Both the position numbers and the translations under genes were made by a program. This document shows positions 1 to 10,940 of a stretch of 64,000 bases of DNA, piece after piece (positions within the stretch are counted from its first letter, which is position 1; every line of letters starts with the position of its first letter). The notes beneath the pieces are model-generated. The model was given only the letters and a program-made list of their open reading frames with translations, was not told where the DNA came from and ran no database searches. Source of the stretch: an uncultured delta proteobacterium (GTDB lineage Bacteria; Myxococcota; Kuafuiibacteriia; Kuafuiibacteriales; Kuafuiibacteriaceae); the NCBI GenBank assembly GCA_963803435.1, contig CAWDML010000001.1, forward strand, positions 864,001-928,000. The letters run 5' to 3'.

Positions 1-1555
1 CAAGGCATGCCACCTGCCGCTCGGATCCTCGAAGGAGGTCTACCGCGGCCTCGCGTTCGATCGCTGCGACGCCTGCCACCTCGACGCCCACGGCGGGCAG
101 GTGGGCACCGAGTGTGAGAAGTGCCACGACGTCCGCGGCTTTACGCCCCCGCTGTTCGACGCGCGCGCCCACCAAGACACCCGCTACCGGCTCGAGGGTG
201 CTCACCTGGCCGTCGCGTGCCTGCGCTGCCACGCCCGGAGGGAGGTGGCACCGGCGCCGCCCGCGCTGGTCAGGGGGCTCGAACAGCGCGGCCGGAAGCC
301 GCTGGCCAGCGGCGCCGCGCTGGCGCTCCCCGGGCCGACGACCTGCGCGTCCTGTCACGAGGATCCCCACCGAGGACAGCTCTCCGATCGGCCCTGCGAG
401 GCGTGCCATCAGGTGGACGCGTTCGAGGACCTCAGGTTCGATCACGGCAGGGACTCGAAGTTCGCGCTGACCGGCCGGCACGCGAGCACCGCCTGCGCCG
501 GCTGTCATCGGCGCGGTGAGGACGGCGCGGTCCGCTACCGCCCGCTCGAGACGGCCTGCGCCGGTTGCCACCAGGACGTGCACGCGGGTCAGCTCGGCGC
601 CGACTGCCAGCGCTGCCACGGGACGGAGCGCTTCGCGACCACCACCTTCGACGCGACCGCCCACGCGAAGGCCCGCTTCCCCCTGGAGGGCAGACATGCG
701 CCCGTCGCCTGCGCGCGCTGCCACCAGATGATCGAGGTCGGCGGCCACAAGCTGCGCCGCTATCGCCCGCTCCCGCTCGACTGCGTCGGCTGCCACGCCG
801 ACTTCCACCAGGGCGCGTTCGACCGCTTCGATCGCGCCTGCGATCGTTGCCACACGGTGGCCGGCTGGACACCGGCCGCGTTCGATCACGCCTGGACCGG
901 CTTCGCGCTCCGCGGCGCCCACCAGAACGCCCGCTGTCGCGCCTGCCACCAGGCCTCGCTCGCCCAGCCCGTGCAAAGGGAGTGCTCCGGATGCCACCGC
1001 GACGTCCACGCCGGCGACCTCGGCCTCCGCTGCGCCGGCTGCCACGACGAGAAGAGCTGGAAGAGCCGCTTCGACGCCGAGGCCCACCGGAGGACCGCGT
1101 TCCCGCTGAGCGGCGCGCACCGCATGATCCCGTGCGAGGAGTGCCACCTCGACTCGCCCGCCCGCGGCTTCGTCCGCACCGCCGTCGGATGCATTCGCTG
1201 CCACGAGCAGGACTATCGAAGCGCGGGCGCGACCTCGATCGATCACGTCGTCGCCGGCTTCGACACCACCTGCCAGCGTTGCCACACGCCCTGGCGGTTC
1301 TCGCGGGCCGCCTTCCCTGGACACTATGTCTGCTTCGCGATCTCGTCCGGTCCGCACCTCGGGATAGGATGCAAGACGTGTCACCAGAGCGTGATGGGTC
1401 TGGTGGCGAACCAGACCTGCAACACGAACAACGCCGCCTGCACCAGCTGTCACGAGCACACGTGCGACCGGAGCGATCGCCAGCACGGCGGCGTCTCCGG
1501 ATACCAGTGCAAGGATCGCAAATGCTACGAGTGTCACCGGTTCACGGCTCAATAG
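1..1555 (+). CDS. Large multiheme c-type cytochrome (5' partial)
   Basis: The frame is open from the window start (KACH...CDACH upstream of the ORF-track start at 101). There are 19 CxxCH motifs in 101..1555, plus CDACH and a probable (C)KACH upstream, arranged in repeated units F-x-H...F-x-L-x-G-x-H...CxxCH. Confidence 0.93.
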   Translation, partial: KACHLPLGSSKEVYRGLAFDRCDACHLDAHGGQVGTECEKCHDVRGFTPPLFDARAHQDTRYRLEGAHLAVACLRCHARREVAPAPPALVRGLEQRGRKPLASGAALALPGPTTCASCHEDPHRGQLSDRPCEACHQVDAFEDLRFDHGRDSKFALTGRHASTACAGCHRRGEDGAVRYRPLETACAGCHQDVHAGQLGADCQRCHGTERFATTTFDATAHAKARFPLEGRHAPVACARCHQMIEVGGHKLRRYRPLPLDCVGCHADFHQGAFDRFDRACDRCHTVAGWTPAAFDHAWTGFALRGAHQNARCRACHQASLAQPVQRECSGCHRDVHAGDLGLRCAGCHDEKSWKSRFDAEAHRRTAFPLSGAHRMIPCEECHLDSPARGFVRTAVGCIRCHEQDYRSAGATSIDHVVAGFDTTCQRCHTPWRFSRAAFPGHYVCFAISSGPHLGIGCKTCHQSVMGLVANQTCNTNNAACTSCHEHTCDRSDRQHGGVSGYQCKDRKCYECHRFTAQ

Positions 1556-2556
1556 GGACGGCGCTGCTGGCGCTGGGCCTGGCCGCGTGCAACGGCCCTG
1601 CCTTCTCGCGGAACACGGCGCTCGATCGCGACACCCACGACCCGAACTTTCCCATCAACGCCGGCAAGCACGCAGCGCTCGATTGCAACGACTGCCACGG
1701 CGAGTTCGACTCGTTCCGCGACTTCACCTGCATCGGCTGCCACGACGGCGCACACGATCAGGACAAGACCGATCCGCCGCATCTGGGTCTGACCGGCTAC
1801 CAGTACGCTCGCGTGAGCTGCTACGGCTGCCACCCGCGGGGGCAGATCCTCGAGGACGCCTTCCACGATCGCTTCTTCCCGGTGGGCACCACGTCGCCGC
1901 ACACCGGGCTCGAGTGCGGCCAGTGCCACCCGATCGAGGGAAAGCGAAAGCAGTACACCTGCACCGACTGCCACTCGCACTCTCCCGCGGAGACCGACGC
2001 GCTCCACGTGGCGGTCGCCGACTACCGCTACGCCGACGCCGAGTGCTACCACTGCCACCCGGACGGCAACGGGCTTCCGCGCGAATCGCACACCGACTTC
2101 TTCCCCATCGCCGAGGCGAGCGCTCACGCTCAGGTCGCGTGCGCGGAGTGCCACTCGACCCCGGGGGATCGGACCGTCGTCGATTGCATCGACTGTCACT
2201 CGCACGAGCGCGATCCCACCGGGAGCGCCCACGAGCTGGTGGGCGGCTACGAGTATCGATCCGACCTCTGCCTGCGCTGCCATTTCGACTCGATGGTCGA
2301 CCGCGTGTCGGATCACCGCCCGTTCCGGATCGAGGGCGGTCCGCACGGACCCGATCACGCGCCCTGCCTCCGCTGCCACCTCGACGCGCGCTCCGACCGC
2401 ACCTGGGCCGCCGACTGGGTGAGCTTCGACTGCCGGCCCTGTCACGACTGCGCCAGCATGGATCGCCGGCACCGCGGCCGCGCCGGATACGAGTGCGTCT
2501 CCACCACCTGCGTCCAGAGTGGCTGTCACCCGGCCGGCCGGAAAGGCGGCGACTGA
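1522..2556 (+). CDS. Multiheme c-type cytochrome lipoprotein (11 CxxCH + 1 CX4CH)
   Basis: 3' part of ORF 565..2556. ATG 1522 (or GTG 1531) gives the signal GTALLALGLAAC (lipobox). Motifs: CNDCH, CIGCH, CYGCH, CGQCH, CTDCH, CYHCH, CAECH, CIDCH, CLRCH x2, CRPCH, CVQSGCH. Confidence 0.9.
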   Translation: MLRVSPVHGSIGTALLALGLAACNGPAFSRNTALDRDTHDPNFPINAGKHAALDCNDCHGEFDSFRDFTCIGCHDGAHDQDKTDPPHLGLTGYQYARVSCYGCHPRGQILEDAFHDRFFPVGTTSPHTGLECGQCHPIEGKRKQYTCTDCHSHSPAETDALHVAVADYRYADAECYHCHPDGNGLPRESHTDFFPIAEASAHAQVACAECHSTPGDRTVVDCIDCHSHERDPTGSAHELVGGYEYRSDLCLRCHFDSMVDRVSDHRPFRIEGGPHGPDHAPCLRCHLDARSDRTWAADWVSFDCRPCHDCASMDRRHRGRAGYECVSTTCVQSGCHPAGRKGGD

Positions 2557-2557
2557 C

Positions 2558-4158
2558 GTGCTCTTCCTTGCCGCGCTCCTCGCGATCCCAGGGGCCATCC
2601 CGCCTGCAAGCGAAGCGTCGCGGGTCACGTACGCGACCCGCGACCGCGCGTACTTCGACGCCGGCGAGGCCGACGGGCTCGCCTTCGGGATCGAGGTGGA
2701 GCTCCTCGAGGCCGGCCGGCCGATCGGCCGCTGCCGGGTCGATCAGGTGTCACGCCACCACGCTTCCTGTCCCGTCTTCGGCGCCCACGCCGGCGCCGAG
2801 GCGCGCTTCGAGCCGGCCGAGCGCGCGCCCTCCCTGCCGCCGGCGATCTCGTCTACGATCGGACCTTCGCGGCCGGAGCTCGGGCCCGGCGAAGCGGAGC
2901 GGGTGAAGCGCGATCTCGCCGCCGAGCCCTTCGTCCTGGTCGAGTCCCCCGCCACCGAGGTCGCGGGGCTGGTGCGCCGATTCGACGCCTCGCTGGACGC
3001 GGCGCACGAGACCTTCCTCATCGCCGGCGATCGCGACTTCGAGCGAGAGCGCGTCGACCTGGTGCTCCGCGATCTCTCCCTCGGCTTCCTGGGTGCGACC
3101 GCCTCGGTCGATTCTGACGGCCTTCGCCTGGAGCCACCGACCCGCCGCCGCACGGTTTCGCCCGGGCGGCGCCGTCCAGCTCTACGTCTACGAGACCGCG
3201 CTCTATGCCCGCGAGCCCGACGCGGCGCTCACGGCCGCGGTGGGACGGATCAACCCCTGGCACACGCCGGGCCTGGTCTACCTCGACGGCCTCCAGATCG
3301 GCTGGCGCCCGGCCGGCACGCGCCTCGAGATTGGCCTGGTCGGCGGCACCATCCCCGACCTCCTGACGCTCGAGCCCACGATTCGATCGCTGGCTCGCCG
3401 ACGCCTACTGGTCGATCGAGGCAGGCGATGCCCACTCCTTCGCGAACGAGGGACGCATCGGCATCGGCTACACGAAGGACCTCGCGGCGATCGGCGAGCT
3501 CGAGAGCCGCGTCTATCTCCTCCTCGCCCGCTGGCTTCGCGTCTCGCTGGGCGGCCACGCCGTGCTCGATCGTGACGGCCCGGCGCTGGCCGGCGCCCAG
3601 CTCTCGCTCACGTTCGAGCCCCTCGACGACCTCCGGTTCACCGCCGACGCCGAGACCCGAGACGAACGCTTCGATCTCTCCGCACCGGTGACCTCGGTCT
3701 TCGCCGCCGAGCACGGATCGCTGTCCGCCACCTACAGCGGCTTCTCGGCGATCACCCTCGGCCTCAGCGGCGGCTTCGGCCACCTCTCCGCCGACGATCA
3801 GCTCCGCGGCTTCGCCGGCCCCGAGATCGGGCTCCCCCGACTGTTCGGCGACACCGGCGATCTCTCGATCGGCTACCAGGAGGCCCTCGGCTTCGTCCCC
3901 GGCCGCACCGTCTGGGCGCAGGCCATCCTGCATCCGATCGCGGACCTGGAGGTGTTCGCACGGCTGAGCTACCTCGAGGATCGCGTGGAGGGCCGGAGCC
4001 TCGAGGAGCTCGGCGCGTTCGTGCACGCAGACTTCAGCGCGTGGACGCACTTCCGCGTCCGCGCGACGATCCTGGGGACTGTTCCGGTATGGGACATCGG
4101 GGAGCTGGGCTCCCCGATCGGGTTCTTCGGACAGCTCTCGCTGGTGGGCGAGCTCTAG
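2558..4158 (+). CDS. Putative outer-membrane beta-barrel (porin of a porin-cytochrome complex); two apparent frameshifts
   Basis: GTG 2558 lies 1 nt after the cytochrome stop and begins a signal peptide (VLFLAALLAIPGA). Removing one T at each GATTC (3110 and 3380) joins ORFs 2519, 3093 and 3562. The joined product has alternating beta-strand patterns and ends GFFGQLSLVGEL. Confidence 0.7.
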
Positions 4159-7100
4159 CTACGGCGCCAGGTCGATGCTCAGGAAGTACTGGGCCAGCGT
4201 TCCCGTGTTGCCGAAGCGGCGGACCTGCACGTAGTACGTGCCGGCCGGAAGCAAGAGGCGCGCGGGCGCCGTCTCGTTCCCGGTGATCCGCGAGCAGAAG
4301 CCGAAGTTGTCGTCGTCGTCGTACTCGACCAGCGTCGGCTCGGTCGCCGTGGTCTGCGCGACCAGGTCCGTGGGGACACCGTTGTAGAGCCACATCTGGG
4401 TGTCACCCGGGCAGCTGGTGAGCGGCTGGAGGAGGGTCCCGAAGGTGGCCAGCTGCGCGTTCATCGGCGTGGCCAGCGTGAACATGAAGAAGTCGAGGTC
4501 TCCGCTCGGCGTGATGGCAGCGTCCACCACCGTCTCACCGGTCCCGAGCGTCCCGAGATCCTGCGCCTCTGCGGGCAGGCTGTTCGGCTCGATCTCGACG
4601 ACCGGTGGCGGACCTTCCACCTGGCACAGCGCGGAGCAGCCGTCGCCGTCCACGGTGTTGCCGTCGTCGCAGCCCTCGCCCGTCTCCGGCACCCCGTTGC
4701 CGCAGACGTCCCGCGCCCGCAGCTCGACCTGGATCTCGTAGGCTGGAATCACGTCGTTGTTCGAGAAGTCCTCGACCCTGAGGAAGTAGACACCGGCCGG
4801 GACTCGCGCCGCCGTGTTCGTCACGCCGCTGATCAGCGAGCAGGGGTTCGTGGGGTAGTTGATGTCGTCGTTGCTCGTCACCTGGGTGAGCGCCGAGTCG
4901 TAGAGCCGCAGCACCGTGTCACCGCCTGCGCAGCCGCCGACGGCCGGGATGAACGTCTCGGCGATGATGATCGCCGGTGCGCTCAGATCCAGCTGGTAGT
5001 AGTCCTGGTTGCCGATCGGAGAGATCGCGTCCCCCGCGACCGTCGGTGCCAGCGGCGGACCCGCGAAGAACGCGACCGGCTCGAGCTGGCAGCTCCCGTT
5101 GCAGCCGTCGCCCGCGAGGACGTTCCCGTCGTCGCAGACCTCGCCGACCGCCGACTCGACCACACCGTTGCCGCAGACGTCGGCCACGATGCCGCCGACC
5201 ACGACCTGGATCGCGGGGATCTCGGCGTTCTGCCCGTCCTCCTCGACGACCAGCCAGTAGGTGCCTGTCGCCAAGCGCGCGAACCCGTCGGCCGGGGTGA
5301 TCCGCGAGCAGTTGTTGATGCCGTCGAAATCGTCGCTCCCGATCTGCGTGACGCCGTCGGCCTGATAGAGCCGCAGATAGGAGTCGGCGGTCGGACAGCC
5401 GCCGGCCACGTCGGGCGCGAACGTCTCGGCGTAGAGGTAGCTGGTGGCGGTCACGTCGATCTGCACGGCCATGCGCGCGTACGAGGGCACGATCGATCCC
5501 GAGACCGTCGTGGTGTTGGCCGCCGGGATCGTCACCACCTGCGCTGGCTCGAACGTGCAGGTGTCCGAGCAGCCGTCGCCCGCCAGCAGGTTGCCGTCGT
5601 CGCAGGACTCGCCGGGCTCGATGTACGTGTTGCCGCAGCCGGGTGCCACGATCGTCACGTGGAGGTAGTAGTTGAGCATCTGCAGCGCCGGGGTCGAGTC
5701 CTCCGAGACGCGCAGATAGTAGGTGCCGGCGTTCTTGTTGAACGTATCGACGTCGTTGCGCGGATAGACGCGGCCGCAATTGCCGTCGGGGCCCGAGAAG
5801 TCGTCGCTCGCCAGCAGCGTGGTGCCGTCGGTGTCGTAGAACCGCACGCGCCCCTCCGGCGAGACCGGGCAGGAGGTGAGGCTGCCGACCGTCAGATACG
5901 CGTCCACGTGGTAGCCCTGGGCGACCTCGATCGCGAAGTAGTCGCTGTCGCCCGCCGGATCGATGTCGCCGCGGAGCGTGAACGATCCGGACGTCGCGCC
6001 GGGGTTGATCACCACCACGCCGCCGCCGTCGAAGGCGTCGTTGCCGCCGGCCTCATCCTCCGCGATGCCTTCGAAGACGCACAGCGCCGAGCATCCGTCG
6101 CCGTCGACGGTGTTGCCATCGTCGCAGATCTCGCCGGCGTCGATGATGCCGTTGCCGCAGCCGACGCCGAAGGTCCGGATCTGGATCACGTAGGCCGGGA
6201 TGGTGGCGTTGTTTCCGTTCTCCTCGACCCGGACGTAGTAGGTGCCGGCCGGGACCAGGGCGAAGGCGTCGAACTGAGGATCGATGCGCGCGCAGAGGTC
6301 CACGCCGTCGTCGTTGTCCTCACCCAGCACGTTGAACGCGCTGTCGAGCAGCGCCACCCGCGTATCCGCGCCGATGCAGGTGGGCGCCGTCGGCGCGAAG
6401 GTATCGACCGCGATGTAGCCCGAGGCCTGCATCGTGACCTGGATGAAGTCGCGCCGGCCGACCGGCTGGATGCTCCCGTTGAACGGGAAGACCATCCCGG
6501 GCGCCGTCGGTCCCGTCACCATGCCGAGGAGCTCGGCGGCGCAGACCGAATCGCAGCCGTCGCCGGCCGTCACGTTGCCGTCGTCGCACTGCTCGGCGGC
6601 GCGGGTCTCGAGGATCCCGTTGCCGCAGACCGCGGGGAGGATGCGAACCTGGAGGACATAGGCGCCGACCTGACTCCCCGAGTAGGCGCGCACGCGCAGA
6701 TAGTAGGTGCCCGCGCCGAGGTTGGTGGCGGCGGGGAGGAGCTGCGGATTGATCCGCGAGCAGAGCGTGCCGCCGGCGTCGTCGTTGAACGCGACCTGCG
6801 TGGTGCCGTCAGGCGCCAGGAGCGCGAGGGTCGTGTCGAACGGGCATCCGCCCATACCATCGTTGGTCTCGGCGAAGACGCTGCCGCCCTCGGGGACCGT
6901 GATCGCGTAGAAGTCGGTGTCGCCGGCCGGATTGATCTCGCCCGTGATCGCGACGTCCGTCCCGGTCACCGGCGTGGCGGTGGTCGGGTCGTCGTTGGGC
7001 TCGACCTCCCCGATCGGCGCGTAGATCGTGATGGTCCGCTCGGCCTGCCCGGCCGCGCTGATCGCGGTCAGCCGGAGCTGGGTCGTCGCCGAGAGGATGA

Positions 7101-8664
7101 GGTCGAGCATGCCGGCGCTGTTGGTCGCGGTGGTGGTGGTCATGACCGCGGGGAAGGCGGCCACCGGAACGTTGTCGGCGTAGAGCTGGAGATCGCTGAC
7201 GCTTCTCACGTCCCAGGTGACGGTGACGGTGGTGGTGCCGGTCCCGCTCAGGAGCAGCGGCGTGGCGGTGAAAGTGACGATGTCCGGGGCCGCCTGCGTG
7301 TAGACGGTCACCGACTGCATATTCGCCCCCGACGGGTTGACGGCCTCGAGCGTGAACCGGGTGACCTCGTTCGTCACCGGCATCATGATCGATCCGAGGT
7401 TCGGGTTGGCAGTGATGGTCGCGGTGGCGACGCCGTCGCGGAGGATGCGCACGGTAAGGGCGCCGATCGTCTCCCAGGTGAGCTCGACGTCGCCGCCGAG
7501 CGCAGCCACCGGGGGATTGGCGGCGAAGCTCACGATCACCGGCGCACTCGGGTTGAACGTGACCGTCACGTTGGCGGTCGCGTCACCGTTCGGGTTGAAC
7601 GCGGTGAGCTGATAGTCGGTGGTGATGGTCGGCGTGACGGTGTAGCTGCCCGTCAGGCTGGTGGAGCTGCTCACGACCGCGCCGTTCCCCGCGATCTCGA
7701 TCCGGTCCGCGTTCGCCACCTCCCAGGAGAGCTCGGAGCTGACGCCGTAGGTCACCGTGGTCGGGTTCGCGCCGAAGCTGACGATCGAGGCGCCCTCGGT
7801 CGGGTTGACGCTGACCATCGCGTTCGCGGAGTCGCTGCCGGCGGGGTTCGTGACGTTGAGCGTGTAGGTGGTGGTCTGGACCGGCGTGACGCCGAGGCTC
7901 CCGGTGGCGTCGGTCGTCTGCAACACGATGTTGCCGCCGACGAGGATCGTCACCATCAGGTTGTCGCCGGTGATGGTCCAGCGGAGCGTCGAGGTGTCGC
8001 CCGCGTCGATCACGTTCGGCATGGCGGTGAACGAGGTGACCATCGGAGGTGCTTCGCCGGCGATCATCACGGTCACCATGGCGGTGGCTGTCGTGCCGTC
8101 CTCGGCCCGGGCCGTGAGCAGGTAGGTGGTGGTGGCGACCAGCGGCGTATCGCTGACCGAACCGTCGGCGTCTCCGCCGCTAAGGACGGAGCGCGCGCCG
8201 ACGTCGATGTCGACACTGACGGCGTTCGTCGTCTGCCAGGCGAGCGTCGTCGAGCCCCCCATGGCGACGGTCATGGGCGTGGCGGTGAAGCTGTCGATGG
8301 TGGGCGCGTTCTTCGCGGTGATCGTGACGACGACGGACCGCGTGGCGCTCTTGTCGCCCTTGGTCGCGACCAGCACGAACGTCGTGTCGGCGTCGAGCGC
8401 AGCGGACTCTGCGGTGCCGCTGGCCTTGTTGGTGCTGACGACCTGCCCGCCCGGCATCGCGGTGATCTTCACGTTGTCGACCGCGTCGACCGCCCAGCTG
8501 AGTGTGACGGTGCCGCCTGCCACCACGGTCATCGGTGAGGCGCTGAAGGCCGTGATGTTCGGAGCGTCGCCGCCGCCGCACGCCGAGAGTGTCAGCAAGA
8601 GCGCGGCCGCGAGCGCGCGACGGACAATGGGATGGGTGTCGGGAGCATTGACATGGCTTCGCAT
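4159..8664 (-). CDS. Large surface lipoprotein: 6 Ig-like repeats, then PPC-like domains alternating with 5 Myxococcus Cys-rich (DUF4215-type) repeats
   Basis: Start MRSH... at 8664 with lipobox LSAC. Six I-x-S/T-F-x-A-x-P...L-x-W repeats; five CGNG...E-x-CDDGN...GDGC...C repeats; ExEPND and D-x-D-Y/F PPC-like motifs. Confidence 0.85.
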   Translation of the reverse strand: MRSHVNAPDTHPIVRRALAAALLLTLSACGGGDAPNITAFSASPMTVVAGGTVTLSWAVDAVDNVKITAMPGGQVVSTNKASGTAESAALDADTTFVLVATKGDKSATRSVVVTITAKNAPTIDSFTATPMTVAMGGSTTLAWQTTNAVSVDIDVGARSVLSGGDADGSVSDTPLVATTTYLLTARAEDGTTATAMVTVMIAGEAPPMVTSFTAMPNVIDAGDTSTLRWTITGDNLMVTILVGGNIVLQTTDATGSLGVTPVQTTTYTLNVTNPAGSDSANAMVSVNPTEGASIVSFGANPTTVTYGVSSELSWEVANADRIEIAGNGAVVSSSTSLTGSYTVTPTITTDYQLTAFNPNGDATANVTVTFNPSAPVIVSFAANPPVAALGGDVELTWETIGALTVRILRDGVATATITANPNLGSIMMPVTNEVTRFTLEAVNPSGANMQSVTVYTQAAPDIVTFTATPLLLSGTGTTTVTVTWDVRSVSDLQLYADNVPVAAFPAVMTTTTATNSAGMLDLILSATTQLRLTAISAAGQAERTITIYAPIGEVEPNDDPTTATPVTGTDVAITGEINPAGDTDFYAITVPEGGSVFAETNDGMGGCPFDTTLALLAPDGTTQVAFNDDAGGTLCSRINPQLLPAATNLGAGTYYLRVRAYSGSQVGAYVLQVRILPAVCGNGILETRAAEQCDDGNVTAGDGCDSVCAAELLGMVTGPTAPGMVFPFNGSIQPVGRRDFIQVTMQASGYIAVDTFAPTAPTCIGADTRVALLDSAFNVLGEDNDDGVDLCARIDPQFDAFALVPAGTYYVRVEENGNNATIPAYVIQIRTFGVGCGNGIIDAGEICDDGNTVDGDGCSALCVFEGIAEDEAGGNDAFDGGGVVVINPGATSGSFTLRGDIDPAGDSDYFAIEVAQGYHVDAYLTVGSLTSCPVSPEGRVRFYDTDGTTLLASDDFSGPDGNCGRVYPRNDVDTFNKNAGTYYLRVSEDSTPALQMLNYYLHVTIVAPGCGNTYIEPGESCDDGNLLAGDGCSDTCTFEPAQVVTIPAANTTTVSGSIVPSYARMAVQIDVTATSYLYAETFAPDVAGGCPTADSYLRLYQADGVTQIGSDDFDGINNCSRITPADGFARLATGTYWLVVEEDGQNAEIPAIQVVVGGIVADVCGNGVVESAVGEVCDDGNVLAGDGCNGSCQLEPVAFFAGPPLAPTVAGDAISPIGNQDYYQLDLSAPAIIIAETFIPAVGGCAGGDTVLRLYDSALTQVTSNDDINYPTNPCSLISGVTNTAARVPAGVYFLRVEDFSNNDVIPAYEIQVELRARDVCGNGVPETGEGCDDGNTVDGDGCSALCQVEGPPPVVEIEPNSLPAEAQDLGTLGTGETVVDAAITPSGDLDFFMFTLATPMNAQLATFGTLLQPLTSCPGDTQMWLYNGVPTDLVAQTTATEPTLVEYDDDDNFGFCSRITGNETAPARLLLPAGTYYVQVRRFGNTGTLAQYFLSIDLAP

Positions 8665-8797
8665 GAGGGACCCCTTTTTTTGCGCCGGTGCGCATCCTAT
8701 GCCGAGTGTGCGAAGTCGCGCTAGCAGCATTGAAGAGCGGTGCGACGCTGTCGCGCGGCCGGGAAGGAGATCCCTGACCGGTTCGATACCGGGCGGG

Positions 8798-9451
8798 TCA
8801 CAGCTCTGCGAGGAGCAACCGACGCTTCGGCGTGATCGCCTCCGGGATCGTGAGCGTGTAGGTGCGATAACCAGCGCCCTGCATGCGGAGCGCGCGCATC
8901 ACGTCGATCGCGAGGGCGCCGTCGACCCAACCCTCCAGCCCGCCGGTCTCCCCTTCGTCGTACGCGTGACAGCAGGGGAGGACGGCGACCCGGGCCCTGG
9001 CGCCGAGGGCCTTCGCCAGCACCACATCGGTGAGCCCGCCGCAAGCGTGGGCGGAGACGATCAGATCGCCGGCGTTCACGCGAACGCCCTCCAGCTCGCC
9101 CTTCTCCATCCGGACCCGGCCGGCGAGACGGGGCCATACTGCCTGGAGCGCCGCCCGGAGGCGCTCGGCGCTGCCGGGGACCGCGCGATCGACGCCGACC
9201 ACCTCGGGGCTCGAATCGTCGAGCAGCAACAGGATCTGCCCCAGCAGCCCGTGACCCGCGGCCAGATCCACGATCCGGCCCCCGCGAAAGCGACGCCGGA
9301 TCCGGCGCGCCATCTCCCAGGACTCGAACAGCTCCTTCCGCGGCAAGCACTCCGCGCTGCAGACCGCGCGCGCGATCCGATCGAAGAGCGCCTCCCCGGG
9401 AAACATCACGGTGCTCCGTACCGTCAGCCGCGCCTTCGATCCGATGTGCAT
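8798..9451 (-). CDS. SAM-dependent methyltransferase
   Basis: Motif [13 protein letters not shown]; HACGGLTD and PCC motifs; divergent from the LysR gene. Confidence 0.8.
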   Translation of the reverse strand: MHIGSKARLTVRSTVMFPGEALFDRIARAVCSAECLPRKELFESWEMARRIRRRFRGGRIVDLAAGHGLLGQILLLLDDSSPEVVGVDRAVPGSAERLRAALQAVWPRLAGRVRMEKGELEGVRVNAGDLIVSAHACGGLTDVVLAKALGARARVAVLPCCHAYDEGETGGLEGWVDGALAIDVMRALRMQGAGYRTYTLTIPEAITPKRRLLLAEL

Positions 9452-9468
9452 CGACCATATTATGGTCG
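9452..9468. promoter_or_regulatory. Perfect inverted repeat (candidate operator) between divergent methyltransferase and LysR genes
   Basis: CGACCATA-T-TATGGTCG in a 35-bp AT-rich intergenic gap, overlapping -10-like hexamers. Confidence 0.55.
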
Positions 9469-9486
9469 GTATATTGTTCGGAAAAC

Positions 9487-10383
9487 ATGGATAATATGCT
9501 CGACCTCGAGTCCGTTCGATGCTTCGACGCGGCGGCCACCCACCTCAACTTCCGGGCGGCCTCCGAGGCGGTGTTTCTCTCGCCGGCGGCCTTCGGCGAG
9601 CGCATCCGGCGGCTCGAGGACGATCTCGGCGCCAAGCTGTTCGAGCGCACCACGCGCAGGGTCCGACTGACCGCCGCCGGCGAGCGCCTCCGGCCCTACG
9701 CGCGCCGCCTGATCGCGGAGGTCGCCGGATGCCGCGCGGCGATCACGGACCAGAGCGCCAACCCCTACGAGCTGACGATCGGCACGCGCTTCGAGCTCGG
9801 GCTCAGCTGGCTGCTCCCCGCCCTCGCCCCGCTGGCGAGAAACGAGCCCTCCCGCCGCCTCCACCTCACGTTCGGCGACAGCCCCGATCTGCTGGCGCGC
9901 GTCCGGGCGCAGCGGGTCGACGCGATGGTCTCGAGCGCACGCCTGACGACGCCGGGCCTGGAGTACGTCCACCTTCACGATGAGGACTACGCGTTCGTGG
10001 CGAGCCGCCGGTTGATGCGCAACCAGCGCTTCTCCTCTGCCAGCGACGCCCGCCGCTTCACGCTGATCGACGCCGAGCCCGGGCTCCCGCTGTTTCGCTA
10101 CTTCCTCGACGCGCTGCCGCCCGAACCCGCGTTCACGTTCGCGCGGGTCGAGTACATGGGCACGATCGCGGCGATCCGCCAGCGCGTGCTCGCGGGCGCG
10201 GGGGTTGCGGTGCTCCCCGCCTACTTCGTGAAGAGCGACGTGTCCGCCAAGCGCATGGTGCGCCTGTTTCCCAGGATCGCGACGAAGCAGGACGCCTTCC
10301 GCTTGGTCTGGGCGGAGGGACACCTGGCCGCCGATCGCCTGCGCCGGCTCGGCGCGGAGCTCGCGCAGCTGGCCCTGCGCTAG
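9487..10383 (+). CDS. LysR-family transcriptional regulator
   Basis: N-terminal HTH NFRAASEAVFLSPAAFGERIRRLEDDLGAKLFERTTRRVRLT; 298 aa. Confidence 0.95.
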   Translation: MDNMLDLESVRCFDAAATHLNFRAASEAVFLSPAAFGERIRRLEDDLGAKLFERTTRRVRLTAAGERLRPYARRLIAEVAGCRAAITDQSANPYELTIGTRFELGLSWLLPALAPLARNEPSRRLHLTFGDSPDLLARVRAQRVDAMVSSARLTTPGLEYVHLHDEDYAFVASRRLMRNQRFSSASDARRFTLIDAEPGLPLFRYFLDALPPEPAFTFARVEYMGTIAAIRQRVLAGAGVAVLPAYFVKSDVSAKRMVRLFPRIATKQDAFRLVWAEGHLAADRLRRLGAELAQLALR

Positions 10384-10448
10384 GAGCGTGTAGCGCGTAG
10401 CGCTACCGCGAGCCCGGTCCGGGTCCCGGTCCCGGTCCCGGTCCCGAT
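10384..10448 (+). repeat. Left terminal inverted repeat with (GGTCCC)n hexamer array
   Basis: Reverse complement of 12333..12398 with few mismatches; cccggtccgggtcccggtcccggtcccggtcccg at 10413-10446. Confidence 0.9.
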
Positions 10449-10453
10449 GGCGA

Positions 10454-10821
10454 TCATGCAGCCGGCGTGCGTTCATCGTCCTCATCAAGTCGCGTGAGCA
10501 TCTCGACAACGCGCTTGAGCTTGGCTCTGGCGGCTTGGACCTTCTGCTCGTTGGCGAGTCGGCGCCTCAAGCAGGTGTGGGGTGAGGCGGCGCTTTCGGT
10601 GCCAGAGCGAAGTGCCATCCGGTAGAAGCGAGCCTTCTCAGGTGGATTGAGCTCTCCGGCGCCCTCGGCGGTGTTGTTCACGATGGAATCGGATGCCCGC
10701 CGAATCTGATCGTGGACGTGAGCGTGACCGGGTTGCAGTTCTTGTGCGATCTCTTCAGCGATGTCGGCATACTCGACGGCGAGCTGTAGACCTCGAGCTT
10801 CTCGTGATCGAAAGTGACCAT
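10454..10821 (-). CDS. Four-helix bundle protein (23S rRNA IVP / Avd-like); frameshift near 10787
   Basis: MVTFDHEKLEVY, one missing base, then QLAVEY...DQIRRASDSIVNNTAEGAG...EKARFYRMALRSGTESAA...MLTRL. This matches the family pattern DQ-x-RRA-x-SI-x-x-N-x-AEG. Confidence 0.8.
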
Positions 10822-10940
10822 GCAAGCTAGCTTGCGGTAGCTCGTCCACTTTGACCAGCAGAAGTTCTTGGAGGTCGTTTCGTCTGGAATCGATCGTTGG
10901 GCGGATCGACTTCGACGCCTGGACTTGATCCCATGGTTTC

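Noticed and set aside
8689-8704. sigma54 promoter for the large lipoprotein (CGGCATAGGATGCGCA)
   Set aside because: GG-N10-GC spacing fits, but the -12 match is weak and such matches arise by chance in GC-rich DNA.
5659-9670. Long antisense ORFs (e.g. 5659..8538, 8126..9670; also 17872..19875, 36098..38430, 43902..45821)
   Set aside because: These are Arg/Gly/Pro-rich shadow frames typical of high-GC DNA, overlapping well-supported genes.
10413-10446. CRISPR array or coding DRDRD repeat
   Set aside because: It is a simple hexamer tandem without spacers or cas genes, and it is part of the IS terminal repeat. ORFs reading RDRDRD through it are shadows.
10454-10821. Diversity-generating retroelement suggested by the Avd-like gene and a second diverged copy
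   Set aside because: There is no reverse transcriptase in the window, and the differences between copies are indels and an inversion rather than adenine-specific substitutions.
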